From an uncultured bacterium (GTDB lineage: Bacteria; Verrucomicrobiota; Lentisphaeria; Victivallales; UBA1829): 64,000 bases of DNA. The notes under the pieces are model-generated. The model had not been told where the DNA came from. It was given only the letters and a program-made list of their open reading frames with translations, and made no database searches. The stretch is taken from NCBI GenBank assembly GCA_949292215.1, contig CASEYW010000043.1:12736-76735 (forward strand). Direction: 5' to 3'. Positions 58,701-64,000 of the stretch are shown piece after piece (the first letter of the stretch is position 1; the number at the start of each line of letters is the position of its first letter). The translations under genes were made by a program, and so were the position numbers.

Positions 58701-58877
58701 ACAAGAAACATTCTGCCGAAGGTCTATGCTTTGAATATGGACGGGACCCGTTCCGAAGAACTTTCCTGTTCACTTCACAACGGAGTGCTGACCCTCCGAC
58801 TGGACACCTCAAAACTGAAATACGGAACCCCTTGTTTTGAAATTTCTTATGAAAAAAATCCCCGAGCAGATATCTAA
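55783..58877 (+). pseudogene. clan GH-A-like glycoside hydrolase, paralog 3, interrupted by a frameshift near 57335-57345
   Basis: The signal peptide MLKPLIFSSVILAASLCA starts at 55783. Frame 1 runs to TGA at 57370-57372 (...VVTMLNEQDLRLENVNFRL...). Homology to the paralogs continues in the -1 frame (DIHKPFRAYLKQKYPDDTSFRTVWG..., open from 57306 to 58877). Both catalytic blocks are retained (MLNEQD, FLVTEFS). Confidence 0.7.
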
Positions 58878-58940
58878 CGTCTGAAACAGAGATCTTTCCG
58901 CAACTGGAATATACAGAAACACAGAAAGGAAGCGACAAAC

Positions 58941-60503
58941 ATGTTTCACAAAAAACAACCGGGCAGAAGTTTCATCAACCGCAAAGAATACCGGGACAAA
59001 GTATTCGGATGCTGGACTGGAAAAAACATTGGCGGAACCCTCGGAGCTCCGATGGAGGGAAAAAGAGAACTCTTTGACGTCTCTTTCTACACCCAGGATC
59101 TGCATGGGAATCCGGTACCGAATGACGATCTGGATCTTCAACTTGCCTGGCTGCGGGCGGTTGAAACACACGGCGTTTACCGGATCAATGAAAAAATTCT
59201 GGGAGAGCAGTGGCTCGCCCATGTCACCGGCCCCTGGAATGAATATGGTGTGGCCCGATTCAACATGGCAAATGGAATTCTGCCTCCACTCTCCGGTCTC
59301 TGCGGCAACGACCGCTGGAAAAACAGCAATGGAGCGTGGATCCGATCGGAACTGTGGGCGTGCCTGTTTCCCGGAGAACCCGACGAGGCAGCCCCCCTCG
59401 CCTGGTATGACGCCTGCGTTGATCACGCAGAAGACGGCATCTACGCAGAAATTTTCACTGCGGCACTGGAATCGGCGGCATTCATCGAGAACGATATCCG
59501 GAAATTGATTGCAGCTGCACTGGTCCGCATTCCGCCAGAGTGCCGAATCGCCCGGAGCGTAAAACTGGCCATCGCAGAATTCGACGCCGGACACGACTGG
59601 CAGACAGCACGAAACCGCGTGGTGGAGGACAGCCGCGATCTCGGCTGGTTCCAGGCCCCCGCCAATGTTGCCTTTACAATCATTGGCCTTCTTTACGGAA
59701 ACGGCGATTTCGGGAAATCTGTCTGCACTGCAGTCAACTGCGGAGATGATACCGACTGTACCGGAGCGACCTGCGGAGCGATTCTCGGGATTCTCAAAGG
59801 ACGTTCCGGCATACCGGAAAAATGGATTCAGCCGATCGGAGAAAACATCCGGACCGTCGCACTGAATCCGTTGGACATGTTTCTCCCGGATACTCTCGGC
59901 GAACTGACAGACCGCGTCATCGCGTGCAAAATGCTCGCGGAAAGCGAAAATCCAACCCTTCTGCGCCTTACCGACGGAGAAACTGTAATTCATCCAGAAC
60001 TTCTGGAACGCTTGAATGACGGATCGGAAAACAGGGCTCGCGTCCTTGCCCGCTCCTCCAGGCGGATAACTTACGATCTGCCGTTCGGAAGATTTGCCGT
60101 CGAATATGAAAAAGGACCGACAATCCATCCGGGAGAAACACAGAAACTGAAGCTCTCTTTTGAAAATTCTCCTTTTGACTGCCGTGCACTTTTCATCCAC
60201 TGGGATCTGCCGGACGGATGGACGATGTTCCCTTCCCCCCGTCAGACAATGATGATCCGGAAATCCCTCACAATCTCCATGGAAGTCGAACTGAATCCAG
60301 GAGAATTCCCGGATATTATACTGCATCCGCGAGTGGAACTCCGGATTTCCGACCGGAACTATCCGATCTGGATCACAGTTCCGTTTCAGCTTGCGGGAAC
60401 CATCCGGAGTGAACATTCTACCGGTACCCCCGGGAACTGGGACGCCTTCGACCGACGCGTTGCCCGGCAGATTCTAGCCCGGGAAAATGGATCAAAAGAA
60501 TAA
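58941..60503 (+). CDS. ADP-ribosylglycohydrolase (ARH/DraG) family protein with ~190-aa C-terminal beta-rich extension
   Basis: VFGCWTGKNIGGTLGAPMEG near the N-terminus and AVNCGDDTDCTGATCGAILG (the GDDTD metal-binding block). No signal peptide. Confidence 0.8.
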   Translation: MFHKKQPGRSFINRKEYRDKVFGCWTGKNIGGTLGAPMEGKRELFDVSFYTQDLHGNPVPNDDLDLQLAWLRAVETHGVYRINEKILGEQWLAHVTGPWNEYGVARFNMANGILPPLSGLCGNDRWKNSNGAWIRSELWACLFPGEPDEAAPLAWYDACVDHAEDGIYAEIFTAALESAAFIENDIRKLIAAALVRIPPECRIARSVKLAIAEFDAGHDWQTARNRVVEDSRDLGWFQAPANVAFTIIGLLYGNGDFGKSVCTAVNCGDDTDCTGATCGAILGILKGRSGIPEKWIQPIGENIRTVALNPLDMFLPDTLGELTDRVIACKMLAESENPTLLRLTDGETVIHPELLERLNDGSENRARVLARSSRRITYDLPFGRFAVEYEKGPTIHPGETQKLKLSFENSPFDCRALFIHWDLPDGWTMFPSPRQTMMIRKSLTISMEVELNPGEFPDIILHPRVELRISDRNYPIWITVPFQLAGTIRSEHSTGTPGNWDAFDRRVARQILARENGSKE

Positions 60504-60509
60504 AACCAT

Positions 60510-60560
60510 GCCGGGGTCCGCCACAGGAAAACCTGGAACGGACTCCGGCATCGAAATTTC
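60510..60560. terminator. hairpin between convergent genes (probable bidirectional terminator)
   Basis: An 11-bp stem GCCGGGGTCCG / CGGACTCCGGC (60510-60520 / 60539-60549, one G-U pair), with T-rich flanks on both strands. Confidence 0.45.
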
Positions 60561-60562
60561 TC

Positions 60563-63500
60563 TTATTTCAATTCAAAATAGATTGATGGACCGTTTCTGA
60601 TCTTTGCCGTATCAACGGTGAATTCGATTCCACCTTCGATTTTCCGAACAGGAATTTCATCGATTCGGCTTCCGTCCAGAGCAAGCGCGTAGAGTTTCAT
60701 CCGGGATGCGTTCGGATTCTTCAGGGAGAGAGAAAACGTGCCGGTTTCGAGAAGCAGAGGAGTCGTTCCGGAATTGATCCTTGTCTGCTGATCCGCGTTC
60801 TCAAAGCTCATTCCGGAATTCAGGGCATTGGTCGAGATGATCAGCAGAATCCGCTCAGCAGCCTTCAGATCTCTTTCTCCGTCGATAGCGGCGAAAGCGA
60901 TGCAGGCATCGCGGTTCATAGAGCGAATGACGGCATTGCTCAGTTCCGCAGACGTTCCGGCGACTCCGCAGATCCCCTGAAAACGGGGCGTGTCAATCCG
61001 CATGAATTTTTTTCCGCAATCCAGATAAAGTTCTCCGGTGGAGCTTTCAAAAATCTCCTTTGCGGGATCGGTCCGGTTGGACTGCGGCAGAAGATTCCGT
61101 TTTTTCAGGGAAGCGATCAGCCGGGGCATGTCGAACGCGGAATCTCCGGAATCCACGACATTGGAATCGGCACTGCGGACCGCGGTCCCCGAACCGCCCG
61201 TCCGCGTCATCCGCACTTCGTTTTTCCCGACAGGCAGAGAGGTCTGATCCACATGGCACTGCCCGATCAGTCCCATCCGGAGCTGGGAGGAGTTGATTCC
61301 GTCTGTCACAGCACCGCCCGCGATGACATCGTCGAGATTCATGGAAATTCGTGTGACGAGCCCGGAGGAACGGACATCTCCGCGGCGGAACAGCAGATTC
61401 GTCATAAGTTCCGACGCCCGTGAGACCGGATCGTGCCGGATCTCAAACGATGTCATCCGGACGCTCGGATGCGTGGTCACCGGCATGAAAAACGCAGTGA
61501 GTCCGTCGAACGCGTTCAGTGCCGCCAGTCCGCCCATGACAAAGCCCTGCTCATAGCGGTAGCGGTTCCAGAACGTGTGTCCGTGCTCCGTCACAATAAA
61601 CGGTTTCGCATAAAGCCGTGCCGCGATGAAACTGCGGATGATGTTGGCGGCACTCCCGATGGAACTGATCTGCGCAACCCGCCCGCCGGTTGTCACAGTC
61701 CCGCCTGAAGGATGCGCATGGTACCCGTTCTGCGCAACAAAATCGAACTCTTTCCGTACTCCCGCATGACGCATGGATTTTCCCATCAGGAAAGTGGTCA
61801 CGGGTCCCTTCCAGCCGAGCCTGCGCAGCCACGCCCGTTCCCGTTCATAGAGAGAACGCTCCTCTCCGGTGACAAATTCGGCGCGGTCCCGGCTGAGCTG
61901 TCCGGGCTTGTCCATGCCGAGCGGATGAAAGGTCCGGATGTCCTCAAAGCTCTTCAGGGAGGAGGCATCCTTTCCCCACGCCTGCTTCAGTGCGGAAAAT
62001 GTGCCGTACTTCTTCCGGAGATACTCCCGGAACAGAGGAGCATAGCGGTTGTCCGCACGGAGAAATGCGAATTCCTGCTCGTTGTTGCAGTCGATCATGG
62101 CGATCTGCGGATCGTCGATCCAGCGGGTCCCGGTATAGGGATTGACATGCAGGAGAACCATCTCCGCACTTCTGCACCAGTTGTCGAAATCACGTTTGTT
62201 CCGGTAGAGATTCCAGTCTTTGAGACGGGAATCCCCCCAGGGATAGGCGGCATTCACACCGATCGTCGCGATCTGAATGGAAAGGAAAACATAGATTCCC
62301 CGCTTCTTCAGGCAGGAAAAGAAATAATCCACCTTGTCGAGCGTTTCAGAGGAGAACTGGAACGCTTTGTTGTTTTTGTAATCCGTATCCTTCAGGACAC
62401 TCGCCCAGAAGCGGACCATGTTGTAGCCGGCGCGCTGAATCTGATCGGCATACCGTTCGATCATCGCCTTGTCCCTCATCTCCACCGGAGCCCCGAAAAA
62501 GCTGCCGAACTCGCGCCCCATGCAGGCGGAGAAGAAACGGACGGGAACCCCCGGGCGCTTCTCAAATTCAAAATGACCGCTTTTCCCAATTACAACCCGT
62601 CCGAACTCCCCTGCGGTATGATGCGGATAGAGGACGGAAACATCCAGCGCGCTCCCCGCCTTCGGGACGGGAGGATGGCGCTGCGGAAGCGCTTTCCAGA
62701 CCTCATCCTCCTTCATCACCAGCTTCCTCGCTTCCGGATACCGGAACGAAGTGTCGGAAATGGTCGCGCCGATCAGCATCCACATGACATTCGCACCCGG
62801 CTGCTTCCGGAATACAACCGAACGGATCCTCCCGAGTTCCCGGGGAATGTCAAAGCGGGAAACATACGCTGCGCCGAGTCCGCCCTTTGCAGCGATCTGA
62901 ACGCCGACCACCGCATTTTCTCCGGGTTTGGCGCCCCACCATTCCACCAGATCCCGACCGTAGATCACAGGCAGCTCCGCCGTCTTTCCGTTCTCCCCTT
63001 CCAGAATGATGGTTCCCGCAGGAGTTCCGTTCTTCTGCCCCCAGGCGGAGCAGTGGAGAAGATAAAGGTATTTTCCATTGTATGTTGTATTCAATTCCAC
63101 CTTCGCTTCCCGGATGCCGCGCGGCAGTCTGGGGCATTCAAACACCAGAATTGCTTTTCCGCCGTTCTCTTTCGGGTTCACGATCCGGAACGGCACATTG
63201 GCAAATTTTTTTTCCTTGACGGGAAAGGAGGAGGCATCATAATCGGCCCCCTGATCGTGCCATCCGCCCCGTCCGTCACCCGCGGTCTCATCGGCGAATC
63301 CCATATTGGCAAACGATTCCAGAGGCAGCGTGACGCCCTCTGTTTCAACCTTGACATTCCGATACAGGATCCGCCCCCGCGCGCCTGAAATCCCGAGATG
63401 AAGCAGTGCATGGGAAACATCCCCGGGGACATCAAGTTCCATCCGGTATGTTTTCCATCCGCTCTTTCCCGCCCCCACATACCGGTGCTCCCATACCCCT

Positions 63501-63850
63501 TTCTTTCCCCTGGGAGCCGGGGCCCAGACCACGAACTGCCCTCCCCCCCAGCGGGAAACCGGATTGCCCATATCGCATTTGATCTCCGCGGAAACCGAAA
63601 GACGGGTGTTCCGGATCCGTTCTCCGGGAAGATGGATTGCAATTAAGTTTTTCGCCTCCCTGAAACTCTCCGGGACTTGAATTTCCAGTGCAGATCCCCC
63701 CTCTTCCAGTTTCCGGATCCGCATGGTTTTCCGATCCAGATTGTAAATTCCTTTCAGGTCGTTTTCCGACTGGAACGGACGGTTGCCGAGCATTTCAGCG
63801 GACAACGGCAGGAACAGCCCCGCCAGTACTGCGAACAGGATATGTTTCAT
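60563..63850 (-). CDS. secreted clan GH-A-like glycoside hydrolase, paralog 4
   Basis: The start was set at MKHILFAVLAGLFLPLSA (63850). Shared blocks are HHTAGEFGRVVI, CLKKRGIYVFLS, NPYTGTRWIDDPQIAMIDCNNEQE and AKPFIVTEHG. Confidence 0.7.
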   Translation of the reverse strand: MKHILFAVLAGLFLPLSAEMLGNRPFQSENDLKGIYNLDRKTMRIRKLEEGGSALEIQVPESFREAKNLIAIHLPGERIRNTRLSVSAEIKCDMGNPVSRWGGGQFVVWAPAPRGKKGVWEHRYVGAGKSGWKTYRMELDVPGDVSHALLHLGISGARGRILYRNVKVETEGVTLPLESFANMGFADETAGDGRGGWHDQGADYDASSFPVKEKKFANVPFRIVNPKENGGKAILVFECPRLPRGIREAKVELNTTYNGKYLYLLHCSAWGQKNGTPAGTIILEGENGKTAELPVIYGRDLVEWWGAKPGENAVVGVQIAAKGGLGAAYVSRFDIPRELGRIRSVVFRKQPGANVMWMLIGATISDTSFRYPEARKLVMKEDEVWKALPQRHPPVPKAGSALDVSVLYPHHTAGEFGRVVIGKSGHFEFEKRPGVPVRFFSACMGREFGSFFGAPVEMRDKAMIERYADQIQRAGYNMVRFWASVLKDTDYKNNKAFQFSSETLDKVDYFFSCLKKRGIYVFLSIQIATIGVNAAYPWGDSRLKDWNLYRNKRDFDNWCRSAEMVLLHVNPYTGTRWIDDPQIAMIDCNNEQEFAFLRADNRYAPLFREYLRKKYGTFSALKQAWGKDASSLKSFEDIRTFHPLGMDKPGQLSRDRAEFVTGEERSLYERERAWLRRLGWKGPVTTFLMGKSMRHAGVRKEFDFVAQNGYHAHPSGGTVTTGGRVAQISSIGSAANIIRSFIAARLYAKPFIVTEHGHTFWNRYRYEQGFVMGGLAALNAFDGLTAFFMPVTTHPSVRMTSFEIRHDPVSRASELMTNLLFRRGDVRSSGLVTRISMNLDDVIAGGAVTDGINSSQLRMGLIGQCHVDQTSLPVGKNEVRMTRTGGSGTAVRSADSNVVDSGDSAFDMPRLIASLKKRNLLPQSNRTDPAKEIFESSTGELYLDCGKKFMRIDTPRFQGICGVAGTSAELSNAVIRSMNRDACIAFAAIDGERDLKAAERILLIISTNALNSGMSFENADQQTRINSGTTPLLLETGTFSLSLKNPNASRMKLYALALDGSRIDEIPVRKIEGGIEFTVDTAKIRNGPSIYFELK

Positions 63851-63881
63851 CTTTTGATCCTTTCTGAGTAAATCCTTTGTT

Positions 63882-64000
63882 TCAATCAATCGGATTCCAG
63901 TTTTTCACCATGGATTCCGGCTGCAATGTCCGATATGCAAAGTTTCCCGAATGACCGTCCACAAACGTAATATTCACCGTACTGCGGTTCCCGTGACGAT
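63882..64000 (-). CDS. 3' end of a prepilin-type H-X9-DG/DUF1559-like gene (5' part outside the window)
   Basis: My translation of the minus strand is ...RHGNRSTVNITFVDGHSGNFAYRTLQPESMVKNWNPID*, with the stop at 63884-63882. It lies 31 nt upstream of GH-A paralog 4. It is absent from the ORF track because its start lies beyond the window. Confidence 0.65.
   Translation of the reverse strand, partial: RHGNRSTVNITFVDGHSGNFAYRTLQPESMVKNWNPID

Noticed and set aside
57447-63388. Long antisense ORFs opposite GH-A paralog 3, the ARH-family gene and paralog 4 (57447-58685, 58809-60416, 61712-63388). Similar ones lie at 12043-13152, 20410-21702, 34140-35114, 47538-48512 and 48551-49579.
   Set aside because: Each is fully contained opposite a gene with family-level motif support, and none has recognisable domains or plausible start context.
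1-64000. CRISPR arrays, rRNA genes, prophage or transposon content, toxin-antitoxin or known defence systems
   Set aside because: Scanning the intergenic regions (all shorter than about 510 nt) showed no regularly spaced direct repeats. No ORF showed Cas, integrase, transposase, capsid/terminase or defence-type nuclease/ATPase motifs.

Overview
This is a densely coding 64-kb chromosomal segment. It probably comes from a PVC-superphylum bacterium (Lentisphaerota, Kiritimatiellota or Planctomycetota-like). That placement is an inference from eight genes that open with the prepilin motif [16 protein letters not shown], seven of which end in an H-X9-DG/DUF1559-type motif. The content falls into three groups. 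(1) Housekeeping genes: larB, queA, glgA, rhomboid protease, S41 C-terminal protease, tadA, thiC, waaA/kdtA, an Ami-type amidase, thiD, coaC, gmk and tRNA-Lys(UUU). (2) Glycan-degradation loci. There are four divergent secreted paralogs of about 1100 aa that carry clan GH-A catalytic motifs (N-E ... T-E). One of them is frameshifted, and three sit immediately downstream of a pseudopilin-like gene. This group also has a GH78-like enzyme, a GH2 enzyme, an SGNH esterase, an ADP-ribosylglycohydrolase-family protein, a tandem F5/8-type-C (CBM32-like) protein, two S1/P1-nuclease/PLC-fold proteins (one with an NPCBM-like tail), a HAD hydrolase, and seven LacI/AraC/GntR-type regulators. (3) A visibly AT-richer ABC-transporter-dependent glycan biosynthesis operon: wzm, wzt with a C-terminal extension, a kinase-like/methyltransferase fusion, a methyltransferase, a deacetylase, and GT4/GT2/GT8/GT2/GT9/GT2 glycosyltransferases. 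I recognised no rRNA, CRISPR array, transposase, integrase or phage genes. The most interesting signal is the recurring cassette of pseudopilin-like gene followed by a giant GH-A hydrolase. It occurs in a neighbourhood with no pilus or T2SS machinery and no sugar importer. A second candidate is a glycan-phosphodiesterase module (P1/PLC fold, carbohydrate-binding modules and HAD). All family calls rest on motifs read by eye, and no database search was run.
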